Shown here piece after piece: positions 13,498 to 24,760 of a stretch of 64,000 nt of DNA. A model generated the notes under the pieces. That model made no database searches. It was not told the origin of the DNA and was given only the letters and a program-made list of their open reading frames with translations. The stretch's first letter is position 1, and the number at the start of each line of letters is the position of its first letter. The position numbers and the translations under genes were made by a program. The DNA comes from Camelus dromedarius (Eukaryota), in assembly GCF_036321535.1 (NCBI RefSeq), contig NC_087436.1:29576001-29640000 (forward strand), written 5' to 3'.

Positions 13498-13830
13498 TTT
13501 GTTTCTAATTATAAAACATTTGAAAGTTTATGTTCCACGACGGAACGGTGATTATTAAAATAGATACTAGTACATATATATATAATAAAATAGCAACTAC
13601 TTATCTAAAATTATGTAGTATAACAAGAATATCAGGTGACATTGAATATGTCATTATATTTTCTTAAGTAAAAATTAGGTATGTCACATTCAATTATAAT
13701 CAAATTTTTGTTGAAAAGAGACAGGATTTTTGAACGTGGTTGTTTGCGTGAGGCTGCCCCTTTTGCAACATAACCCTGTTAACAGTAAAAACTCTGACCA
13801 GTGCTCTGAGTTGGAGGACTTTACTATTCA

Positions 13831-14001
13831 CGAGACCAGCTACATAATTTGCAGGCTCAGAAAAAAGTGAAACTGCAGAGCTTCTTGTTCAAAAGTTATT
13901 AAGAATTTCAGGATGGCAGAGCATGAAACCAAGCATGGGTCCCTTCTGAGGGCAGGGCCCTGTGTAACTGCAGTGGTCACATGCCCATGAAGCTGGCCCT
14001 G
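13831..14001 (-). mobile_element. MER45A-like hAT-Tip100 element
   Basis: gctacataatttgc...cttgttcaaaagttattaagaatttc...gggccctgtg...catgaagctggccctg matches the reverse complement of MER45A. Confidence 0.8.
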
Positions 14002-14299
14002 GCTGCTCTACATGTCTCCTATATTACTTTCATATCGTTGGGTGTTTTATGATTGTGTAATTCAGAGAAAAAAATTAAAGACATATTTTGCACTCTTTTA
14101 ACAAATACTGAGCATCTTAGGTGGTATCAATCCTGAATCTGAAAATATATTCATAAATAAAAATTATGGTATTGAATATAATATGCTATTATTCACAATT
14201 CTAAGAGTACTCTTTCAAATATAACCACAAATATTCAATGGAACAGAAGCTGAGATAAAGGTTTAATATACAACATTAGCATCACCTAATAGAGCATTC

Positions 14300-15640
14300 T
14301 CTCAAGATTCTGGTCTTTTGTTCCTCGGGCCCATTCATATTGACAACACCTAGGCTTAATTCTAGGTATACTTTCTTCTTTTTCCCCTCTTTTTTTTTTT
14401 TCTCCTGTGTATGTATTTGCTGGTTTGCTTGCCTGCAGTAAGACTGATTAAGCCATTGAATCATTCTTAAGTTATATCCATTAGTGAGTGTTCTAGATCT
14501 GTTTCCTTTCTTACTTGAGAATTTCCCCCCAAATTATTTATAATGTAATGTTTGTATGAGATCTTTCTGAGACCTTGAATGGTTGGAATGTTTAAATTTG
14601 AATAAAATGTCTGGCTATATGTAAAATTCTAGGTTCAAATTAATTTTTATTAAATACATTAAAAATATTAATCCATTGTCAACTGGCATCCCAACGTTAC
14701 TAATGAGAAATTTAGATTCTACTTCATTTCATGTGACTTACTACTTCTTTTTGACATTTTTTAGAACAATTTATATAGATTTTATGTCTTAGCATTTTAT
14801 AACATTGCTTTTGGGGCAGTTTTTTTTTTTTTTTTTCTATTTCTTCTATTTAGTAATCAATCAATGGTCTTTTAATGTGAAGTCATTCATCCCTATTTAA
14901 ATCTAGAAAATTTATCTCCATTATGTCTTCAAACACTTTATCTTCACTACTTATACTTATGTTTTCTCTTTATGATATTGCTTTCACCTGAATTTCAGCA
15001 CATCCATTTTCATTCTTTATATTTTCACTTTCTTTTATATTATTTTATTTCAATATCTTTCTCAGTTTCACTCTTTTAGAGATCCTTAAATTGATATTCT
15101 GAGTTGTTAATCTGTTTTTTAGCTATATCCATTCTACTATGTATTCAATTTACTGTGTCTTATGGTCATTATATTTTATATAACAAATGTTACCGCTTGT
15201 TTTATCGGTATATCTTGATGTTATGTTAGACTAGTATTTTCCTTTATGTCTTTTATTATGCTTATTAAACTTGATTTACAGTTTTGCAACATCCATTTAA
15301 ATTCTAAAAGTCTATGTCAGGGGTCACAAATTAAAGACTTCATATTTTTATAAACAAAATGTCATTGTAACACATCCATGCCCATTTATTTCTCTATTAG
15401 CTATGGCTGTTTTAGTTTAACAAGGGGAGAATTAAGTACTTGAGGTCACACAGCTCAAGAAATAAAAATACTCTCTCGCCATTTACAGAAAATGTTTGCT
15501 GATTCTTGTATATGTAATTCAACTTGCTCTTTTTCTTTTGAAGTAGTTGTGTTCATTTTTTCCTGAAAGTATTGGAAGTTACTCTGAGAATGAGTCTGAG
15601 GAGAGGCCAAAGGATGAAACTTGATTCTGTTCATTTATTT
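14300..15640 (-). mobile_element. Old HAL1/L1M ORF1-region remnant
   Basis: T-rich antisense LINE-like sequence with typical motifs (ctttctgagacct, tggctatat..aaaattctaggttc, aaatttatctccattat); interrupted by MER58A. Confidence 0.55.
15318..15508. mobile_element. MER58A hAT-Charlie MITE
   Basis: caggggtc...catgcccatttattt..ctatggctg...tttacagaaaatgtttgctga; near-TSD tctatgt/tatatgt. Confidence 0.8.
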
Positions 15641-15918
15641 GCATATGTGTATCCAAAAATAGCACTATGTAACTGAAGCATTCTTTATCCCAGATGATGG
15701 AGGAATACCCTGCTGATAGCTCATGCTGAGTCCTTCTCTAAGAATTGTTCTCAACTGAAGGAGGAATACTTTGTCCTGCCCTCTTGCTTAATTCAGAACA
15801 ACTTTGAAGGACTATCCCAGTTAGAGAGCTCTCTGTAGATTCTTAAAGGTAGCAAGTGTAACTGACCAATATTTCAAGTTCCACCATGCTCAATCTTTGC
15901 TTTCTTCAGTCCCTTATA

Positions 15919-16254
15919 CAGTGGTGTGTCTTAGAGCTAATGAGAACTAATTTTTTTTCAAGATTTCTTAAAAAAAATTTCTGGAAGGGGGGTAATTGGG
16001 TTTATTTTCTTGTTTATTTTTAACAGAGGTACTGGGGATGAACCCAGGACCTTCTGCATGCTATGCATGCACTCTGCCACTGAGAGCAAATTTTTAATAT
16101 TCAATAATTTTGCAAACTAGTTGTCAAACCATTGCTAGATAAGGGGAAAAAAAGCCATAGTAGAATTATTTAAATCATAGAAATCAGCAAATGTATAACA
16201 GGGTTTTATTTTTCCCAAGAGAGCTGAGGATACCATTATACCAGCATGCCATTG
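15919..16254 (+). mobile_element. MER63A-like hAT-Blackjack element split by a SINE
   Basis: Termini cagtggtgtg...ataccagcatgccattg and internal ttttgcaaactagttgtcaaacc..gaaatcagcaaa. Confidence 0.75.
15951..16085 (-). mobile_element. Camelid vic-1-type tRNA-derived SINE, slightly 5'-truncated
   Basis: Minus strand reads CTCAGTGGCAGAGTGCATGCATAGCATGCAGAAGGTCCTGGGTTCATCCCCAGTACCTC (tRNA-like A/B boxes), then a TAAACCCAATTACCCCCC tail and A-rich end. TSD-like tgagaactaatttt / tgagagcaaatttt. Confidence 0.9.
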
Positions 16255-16350
16255 CTTACAGATGCGGTTCCCTAGAGCACCCCCTAGTAAACTTCCTTCA
16301 TGCAACTCTCCATTTCACAGTCAGGTTCCTGGGACAGTGATCTTAAGAGA

Positions 16351-17930
16351 AATGGGGCCAGAAGAGGTTCGAGGAAGCAAACCCCACGTGAAATTTTGTA
16401 GCTGGATCACGCAACACCTGGATGGCAATGAGAGCTCCATTATTGTTATCAAGGAGAATAACAATAACCCTGGGATAATGTAGTGCTGATATTGTAACAC
16501 TTACCACTGGTGGTGAACTGGAATTGAATGCCAGTAGGAGAAAATGCACTGATACAATATCTCTAATATTAGAGTGGCTCAAGTAGTAGTAGTTATAAGA
16601 CAATGCAATTAAATGCCTTTACCTTGGTGAGAAAGATGAATTTAAAAAAGAGGGAGGTGATTAATCACCAGTTTAAGGCAAAGTCATAAGATTAAGGAGC
16701 TTCTTTTGTAGCATAAAGAGACTCTTATCTATTAGAGCCAAAAGCAGAAAAAGCTAGGGATCAGGCCCAAAACTTAATTATAACGAAAGCAGAGATCCAG
16801 AGAATGTTGAATTCTCAATTCTGGCAATTGTTTATGCCAACTCAGGGACCTTGTTGAAAAAGAGTGATACTCTTTGACCTGAGACAGGGATATCTGACTC
16901 AACACATCAAAGAACCTTGAAACTCCAGATCCATCCCTTTGGACCTGCAGAAGTGTATCATTGTTCTTTCATCAAGGCGAGAAATTTCCTCTTTCCTTGA
17001 AGAGTATGCAGAAGGCTCTGGCTTATAAAACAACACCAGCCTTCTTCAGAATCTACACATACTTTTCTTTCTGAATACCAGAACAATAACTGGAATAAAA
17101 TCACAAACTATCTCATTTGGGGAAGTACTGAGTCTCCTTTGAATGTCAGGTACTATACCACAAGGGAGCTTTGGATCTATCAATTAGTATTAGCAGGAAG
17201 CAAGACAGTATGTATGAGATAGGATCCTGAAGATGCAGAACTGAAAGACGATGAGACATCAACCTGAAAAAAGAGAAAGTTTGTCGTCTGGGAGGATGCT
17301 CATGTAAGAGAAGATTTAATATACTGGCAAGGTCCTCATGATGCAGTATTAATATTAATACTAGGTTGGATTTTGGAAACATGAAAAATGTGATAGCCCA
17401 CACAAATTGAAGGAGAGCTTGCAGAAATGCCACAGCTAACCATGTAGTTATAAATCAAAAGATTCAGAAAAATGAGAATGAGAGAATGGGTATGTTATGT
17501 GAAGCCAAAAAAAAAAAAAAAAAAAAAAAAACACCACCAGGTGACTATGTTCCATGGCAGATCCAGAGCTCACTTCTTCTACCATAGTGTTAAGGAAAGT
17601 GCTATTGAGAAAGGTTTTAGGCCAGGCTGATAATAGGAGATGCTATTACAGAACTGTGTTCCCTGCTACCAATGCAGATGATAATATTCCAAAATAATAC
17701 AAGTCAGATATTAGCCCTTAACCATCAGATTAAAGATGAATAAATATATTTTAATAAATGGCAAGGATGGATCAGTAGCTTGAGATGTCTAACTTTGAAT
17801 AAAGTATCCCTGGGGCCAAGAAAAAATGGGCAACCAACAAAAGGGTTTTGCTCAATCTATAAAACACAAGGAAATAGAGAATCAGGCATGTAACCCAATA
17901 AAAAGTCATAGCTACTTGCTCATTATCTGG
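16351..17930 (+). mobile_element. ERV-L (ERV3-16A3-like) internal leader/gag remnant
   Basis: Follows LTR16 via a PBS-like region; gag-like motifs (gcagaaaaagctagggatcaggcccaaaacttaattata, agaatgggtatgttatgtgaag); no intact ORF. Confidence 0.75.
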
Positions 17931-17974
17931 AACTGGGTTTTTGGGGATTTTGGTGGTTTGTTTTTGCTTAGGAA

Positions 17975-18935
17975 CCACTTGAAGGAGAGGATTTTCAGTT
18001 GACCATCTTCATTCACACTTAGACCTGATTGAGATAATGAGATCCTGAACTTCAAGCCTGAGCATGATCCCATAATAGGATGATGCTTCTGGAGAGGAGG
18101 GTATCATGGAGGGTATGGAGGGCTGTGTGTAGTGTGCATGTGGCAGGTGTGTGAATTGTCATAGTTGACTTCAGAAGATTCTAAGTTTCCTAAAACTGCA
18201 TTTCCTATCATACACAGTCTTCCAGGACATGTGCCTTCTGTCATCAAAAGGTGGAGTTCATGCCTTGCTCCTTTGAAACTTTTGTGATAGACTCAACTAA
18301 TAGAGTATGACAGAAGTTGCACAGTGTGACTTTGAAATCTAGACCAAAAACAATATAGTTGACCCTTGAACAACACTGGTTTGAACTCTACAGGTCCACT
18401 TATGTGAAGATTTTTTCCAATAGTATTACAGGACTACACGATCCACTGTCGGTTGAATCCACAGATGCGGGATCGTAAATACAGAGGAACAGAACATAAA
18501 TATAATGAGGTCAGACTCTAAGTTATACAAGAATATGGACCACAAGGAGTTGTCCCTAACCGCTGCTTTGTTCAAGGTCAACTGTACATCTTAAGCTTCT
18601 TTCTCTCTCTAGAAATACTTGCCCTTACAATCCAGATGCTGTGATTTTAACAAGCTCAGATCATACAGTTCTTGCAGAAGAACCAGGGCTATTGCCCCTC
18701 ACATTTGGCTGAATCCCAAGCTGAGAATCATCCCCAACTTGCTAGCCCAATGATTGAGCCAGCCTGAAATCAGATTCTCCAGCCCTCAGTCAAGCCACTC
18801 CAGTTGATGCTGCCTTGAACAGAGAAAAGTCTTTCCCACCAAGCTCCATGTAAAATGGAGCTTCATCAGAAAAAGGAATGACTTTTTTCAAGCAAATAAG
18901 TTTGATTACTATAACTTTGTAGCACATCTTGTAAT
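17975..18935 (+). mobile_element. MaLR internal 3' end plus MLT1 (F/G/H-like) LTR
   Basis: gagatcctgaacttcaagcctga..ataggatga int end, then catcaaaaggtggagt, aatagagtatgacagaagt, ccagccctcagtcaagcc..ccagttgatg. Confidence 0.75.
18356..18584. mobile_element. Tigger2-family MITE (TcMar-Tigger) inside MLT1
   Basis: TIRs (t)agttgacccttgaacaac ... gttcaaggtcaactg, flanked by TA TSDs at 18354-18355 and 18585-18586. Confidence 0.9.
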
Positions 18936-18949
18936 TACCTAGTAGTAAT

Positions 18950-20720
18950 CCTCCAACTGTATTCTTTATTGTGATTATTTTGACCATTGAAATTCATTTC
19001 CATATAAATTTTAGAATACGGTTGAAAAAAAATACAAGAAGAAAACCTTCTGAAAATTTGATTCAACTTGCAGTGAATTTAAAGATTCATTTTGGGAAGA
19101 ACTGACATTAAGTATATGGAGTCATCTAATACATGTGCACATGTACATTTAGGAATTTAATATCTCTAATGAATTTGCCCCCTTATTTTTATGCTATGTC
19201 CCTTTTCATCTATGACACTATTTACTGAATTGAAGACTACATTATCTGAGATTAATAGAGCCACTCCAACTTTCTCAAGTTTATTTTTATCCCCTGTTGT
19301 TTCTGATGAGAACCAAGTCACCATTCACATTACTGCTACATTGTATAAGATGCACATTTTTTTCTTAGACTGACTTTGGTTTCATTAGCCTGACCACATG
19401 TTGGAGCTGTAGTTTTCATTCATCTATCCTGCCTGGGGTTTATTTAGATGCCTGATTTGTAGATTTAGATTTTTTTCAATGAACTGGGAAAATGTCCAGC
19501 CATTGTTTCTTCAAATATTTTAATTCTGTCTCATCCTCCCCCACTCTCTTTCTAAGACTAATCATTATGTCTGTTTAAGAAATGATATTGTTTTAGAGAT
19601 TGCTGAGGCTATATTTATACTTTTCATTCTTTCTGTCCTTCACATTAGTTAATATCTATATTTTGTCTTTATACTGAGATTTTTCTGCAGTGCCAAATAT
19701 GCTGATAAGTTTATCAAGTGAATTTTATTATTCCACATATTTTACTTTCAATCACAAAATTTCCATTTAGCTCTTTATAGTATCCATTATAACTCTCTCC
19801 CTTTTGTTCACTGATTATGTTTATCATTTCAATTAAGTCCTTGATTATAGTTTTAATAGCTAGTTTTAGTCTTTTCCTTCTAGCTCAGGATCAGGGTAGT
19901 TTTGTGGTCTCTTATCTATGACAGATTTTTCTCTTTATTGTAGGCCACGTTTCTTGCTTCTTTGAAGTCAAATGCTTTTTCAAAAAAATATGCTAGACAT
20001 TGTAGATGATAGATCATAGGGAGTCTGGATTATGTTATATTTTTAAATGATCTTGACCATTATTTTGGCAAGCAGCTAAATTACTGGCAGATCGTTTTAA
20101 TACTTTGGGCTTGGTTTTATTATTTATAAGATCTATTTTGGTATTGTACCTTAGTCTTAGCATTTAGACTTTTTCCTAATCATGCTCCTTTCACCTAAAG
20201 TGTGGCTTTTATGGGATCTCACTTGAATATTTGAACTCAGGGAGGTCTCTGCATTCTAGCTGACCCAGAACTCCAACACTTCCCAGACCTGTGTGAATTT
20301 TGAGAGCTCTGTTCAGCTTCTAGCCACACAATAACCACTTTTGATGTGGTCCCATGGGGTTTCCCTTTGTGTGCCCAGCCCAGCACTGAGCCAAGGATCT
20401 GTGAGGAACCCATATGCAGACTTTTGATGTCCCTGTCTTATCAGTTTCAATCTCTCTGGTTCCTTCCCTCAAATTTTTTTGCTGTGTTAAGAAACTTGAA
20501 ATTCCAAGGTGTGTCTTTCAGTTAAGCCTGAGTGTAATGATCTGCTTGAACTTCACCTCCTCGCATTAGTCTAAAAAGAGTATACCTAGGCAGAAAATCA
20601 GGGGCTTATCAGGGCTCTGCCCATTACTCTCCTTCTGTCAAACATCAGTGTTCTGCACTACTTATTAACATCTGAAAATAATTGTGTCATATATTTGGTC
20701 CATTTTTATGGTTGCTTATG
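18950..20720 (-). mobile_element. Old L1M remnant (ORF2 scrap, ORF1 region, 5' region)
   Basis: Antisense L1 motifs (ttccatataaattttagaat, ttgggaagaactgacat, gggaaaatgtccagccattgtttcttcaaatatt). Confidence 0.7.
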
Positions 20721-22248
20721 GTGAAAATAATGACCAGATCTTTGTCAATGGGTTAGACTTATACTGCACTAGAGTTGGCTCTAAATCCAAAAGTAGAATT
20801 TATGGTGCAAACCTGATATGGAAAGTCAGTACCATGAATTGAATCTGATCTCTCAAAGCACTGACCACCATAGTCGACACTGAAATTAGATGTGGGCTGA
20901 AAGGCTATCTCATGGGCCACCAACAGCATCTGCTGCAACCTGCTTTTAATATTCTAAGGTTTTTTTGTTTCTTTTTTTTTTTTAACACCTTAATAGTCTT
21001 CTGTTATCTGCTATCCCATTCTCTGCCTTTCTGGGTTAATGCCTTTTTGATTCCTTTAATTTTATCTTACTGGGTGTTTTGAAGTGAAGGAGAAACTGCT
21101 GCTTAACTAGAGATATCAAAGAAGTTTACCTTATAGCCTGTTTTGAGAAAGATCCCTACAGCATATATCTGCAAGGTTATGAAACAACATTATATTCAAA
21201 TGCAATAATTATCAAACACTAGTATTTACAATCTAGGTTCTATTGTCTAAAATATCAAGTAATTCCTTCAATTTGCTCACACACATAACCTGAACGTATA
21301 TTACCTTTCAGAATCCAAATACACAGAAAATAATTTAGAAGTGATGACACCAGTGAACTTATCTGTCTGGAAATATAGTGCCTTTTTTTATAAAAGTAAA
21401 TGTAAATTCAAAATAAAGTCCAACCAAATATATATAAAAGTTTTTAAATGATCATTATAATTGTTTTATATAAAAATATGCTTTGTAAATATTATATTAA
21501 TACAAAATTATTTAGGATGAGAAATGCTATTTTTGCTTAAAATTATTATGGCCTAGTTCATAGCACTATAAAAGAAAAGCATTTTTTCAGAAGTATACAG
21601 TATACTTCTATGAGTTGTAAGGTTAAATTTAAGGAAATTATTTGTATTTATTGCTATATATCTGACACTGTACATTGTGTTAAGTATCCACTGGGGATAT
21701 TTTTTTTTTTTTACTTTTTTTTTTTAGAACCGAGAAAATGTCTCAGGGGGAAATGCCAAGCTTTCTCTCTTCAACTGACAAAAAATTTAATGACAACAGC
21801 TGTTAAATTTTTTTAAAAAAAACATGTTTTATATCAAGCCCTATCAAATAGACAATTTTAATAGAATGTTTACTGTTACTTTTGTTTTCAAAAGCCATAA
21901 AACTCATATAATATGAAGTAAAACAAAAGAATTGTATTGCTACCAAAACAATGAATAATTTTACTGAACTGTCTTGTTAAATATCTTGGGCTTGACACAT
22001 TGTTGGTTATGATGACAGGTTACATGGAATTACAATACATGCTCACTTGGCTGGTATTACATATCATCAGAGTGTTTCACGCAAGAGAATGTTAAAAATT
22101 CATGCTGAACTAAATTTTGTATGGAAAGGAATCTATTAAGAGCTGCACTGCCATTTCCAATATGTGGTAATGCTATTAATTATGAAAACACACATAATAT
22201 AATCTCATTTTGCTAAGGATTTCAAGATACTAAGCAATCCCTTACGTA

Positions 22249-23147
22249 TTGTTGCAGATTGGGTTCCCCAGGTAGCAAACTCTGAGATGGAGAAGAACAT
22301 ACAGAAATCTACAGAGAATAATTCTTAGCAAGAATTTCCGAAGGGGAAGAGAAAGAAGCAGGATTGGGTCATGGGGGAAGTTAGGTTCTGATGTAGTCTT
22401 AACAGAAACCTCAGCCTGTTTCAAGGTGGCTCTTGAAACAAGCCTATCTTCATATTTTGAAGGCACTTCCCTCTAACTTGCCTTTAGAACACCAACTTCA
22501 CATCACTTGAAACTGTCTGTAGGAAGCATAATAAGAAATTTGAAAAGAGGTTTGTTAGAAAGTCTTTTCAACTTCAGGTTGATGCATCAAATCTACATAT
22601 GTTCCATTCTGGGATACTAATGTGTTTGCAAAACTTCCTTCGTCTGCCTTGTTGGAAACACATATTTTTGTGTTTGGGAAACAGGCCTATCTGCATATCC
22701 TAAAAGGACTCACCCTTAGAACACCAACTTCACCTAACTTGAAAATGTCTCTAGGAAGCATAGTAAGAAAGGTGAAAAGAATGTTGTTAGAAAGCCTATT
22801 CAGTTTGGGGCTAGATGCACCAAATCTTTGACACATGTTCCATTTTGTGAACATAATTGGTCTGGAAAGATTCCTTCATCTGCCTTGTTGGAAAGGCACT
22901 CAAGGGTAGTCCTAAACTGGAGCGAGAGGGCTAGCCCTTCATATACTCTCATCTAAAGTGATATTGTTTGTGGGCTGGCTCAGAAAGGCAACATTATAAC
23001 TAAAAGCAAAAGTTTTTTCTTTAGGTGAGGCAAATGCAGAAAAGATCTTACAGCTAGGAACATCTGTTGGGAGTGCTCCAAGGAATTGATGGGGGGATGA
23101 ATGTTAAGTATTTTATTTCTGAAGGGGAGTACAAAATCCACCACAGT
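22249..23147 (-). mobile_element. LTR16A 3' LTR interrupted by a satellite-like insertion
   Basis: tgttgcagattgggttcccc..gcaaactctgagatggag..gaagcaggattggg; the LTR resumes after 22894 and ends gaagggg..ccaccaca. Confidence 0.85.
22435..22894. repeat. ~1.9 tandem monomers of a ~243-bp satellite-like unit
   Basis: Units start at 22435 and 22678 and share gaaaca.gcctatct.catat, ttagaacaccaacttcac, taggaagcata.taagaaa, ttgttagaaag, atgttccatt, tctgccttgttggaaa. Confidence 0.9.
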
Positions 23148-23960
23148 TTATACTTTCCACTACACTAGGAGTAGACCTTATATGAATTCCAGGGTTTTGG
23201 TGTGCTTATCTCTGGAAGGCAACATAAAATAGGAAGACTAGTGGGACAATTGTATCCCCTGCTACTGCAACTGGACTCTGGACCGTAACTGCTACGCTTT
23301 ATCTCTCATTATCTCCCTCCCTGTCATCCAATCTTGACAAAATCAAGTAGCAATTCTGCTGGCATAAGTGGCTTCACTGGTGGTAGGATTCAGACTCTCA
23401 TTTATCAGTCAAAAAATATAATATTGGTAGCATGTCCAGCTGGTCCTGGTCTTTTTGGATGATGTCAAGACAGAAGGTAGAAGAAACAACATAGCCCTGG
23501 GCAAGATAGTAAATGAATACTGAGGTCTGTTCCAAGTAAATACAAACTGTTTCAGCTCCTCTGTTCTGATAGAAATGGAAAATAACCAATTTGCCAGATC
23601 AGTGGCTGCATACCATGTACCAGAGGCCATGTTAATTTTCTCCAGCAAAGATATCACATCTGGCAGAGAAGCTACAATTGAGTTATTACCTGGTTGAGTC
23701 TGCAGTTATCCACTGTCTGTCCTTAGGTTCCATCTGCTTTTTTATTGAGCCAGATGGTTCAAATGGAGATATGATGAATCCTTGGATCCTTTAGATCTTT
23801 AAGAGTTGTACTAATTTCTGCCATTTCCCATGGGGTTCAGTATTGTTTAAATTTATTTTATTGGCTGGGGGCAAGTATGTTTTTTAATATCCATATTTAT
23901 TAATTTTGTCCTGAAAGCAAACATGAGGTTTCTATATTAGCAATCAGTACTTACTACGGC
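23148..23960 (-). mobile_element. ERV-L internal remnant with RT fragment
   Basis: ORF 23409-23657 ISLLEKINMASGTWYAATDLAN..FSI..KQFVFTW..QYSFTILP matches ERV-L pol RT. Confidence 0.9.
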
Positions 23961-24432
23961 AATAACAGCACTGATATCCTGGACCCTAATCCTCCTTGGG
24001 CAGATGTCACCTGCACATTTACAGGAGAAGAGCCCTGAAATTATGTGTCTGGGAGTTTATATAGGAACTTTTGACACCACCCCCACTGCACTCCCCAAGC
24101 CTCCACCCCTGAAAGAGGGAGGCAAACCTTCCTCAAAATGTAAGCAAATCCTCTCTTAGAAAAGCATGCTGTTTTTACAGCGTTTTGGAATATCAGCGAA
24201 TGCTTTAGGGGTTTATTACCTTTAAAATGCAATAACACAACTATAGATATAACACCCTGAGAATGTGAAGAGCAAATAGTTCTGGAGGAAATGGCACATT
24301 CTCTGTCTTTATAGCATGTCAATTTTCTTTGCTCCAAAACTCCTGACAATGCAGAAATATGAAAATATCTTTCCCCACAGAAGGTGATAGTTTTAGAAGC
24401 TTGCACTTGGGTTTCACTATGATAGCTCTTAC

Positions 24433-24760
24433 CTTGCAAGGCAAGGCACAAACAGAAGATTCTTCCAATTACCTAGAGTGTCTATTTCCATTAGTATCTA
24501 TTTGGGGAGTGGAGAAATAGCTACCTGACGGCTTTGCAGGCCCAGCAGCCCCACTGTGAGCCCAACCCACAGGGCTGATACGCTCAAATATCCATTTGCC
24601 TCATATGCCCCCTCGCTAACAGGGGCCCGCCATGGTATTCTGGCCTGCTGCATACAGTGATAAGTCTGTGTCTGATACACACTTTACAGGCGAAAAGCAC
24701 TATTGCTATTACTAGACTGCATTCTCAGTATGCAGACTGTAGCTCCCAAGAAACTTTAGA
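24433..24760 (-). promoter_or_regulatory. Candidate promoter and first exon (ZNF143/SBS-like motifs, residual CpGs, splice donors)
   Basis: Non-repeat GC-richer patch; two tandem degenerate ACTACAnnTCCCAGnATGC-like motifs at 24715-24733 and 24735-24754; minus-strand donors CAG|gtagct (after 24525) and AAG|gtaaga (after 24433). Confidence 0.35.

Larger units (their letters stand above)
15690..16350 (+). mobile_element. LTR16-family (ERV-L) 5' LTR, interrupted by MER63 and a SINE
   Basis: LTR16-like motifs on both sides of the insertions (ctgatagctca..gaattgttctcaactgaag; agagcacccctagtaaac..catgcaactctcc), followed directly by internal sequence. Confidence 0.7.

Noticed and set aside
12825..13550. 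TSD for the RBP2 retrocopy (acggaac on both sides)
   Set aside because: Only 7 bp and not flush with either end; no convincing TSD found.
21130..21156. LRR-like DLSQNRL peptide
   Set aside because: Single motif followed immediately by a stop; no neighbouring LRR exons.
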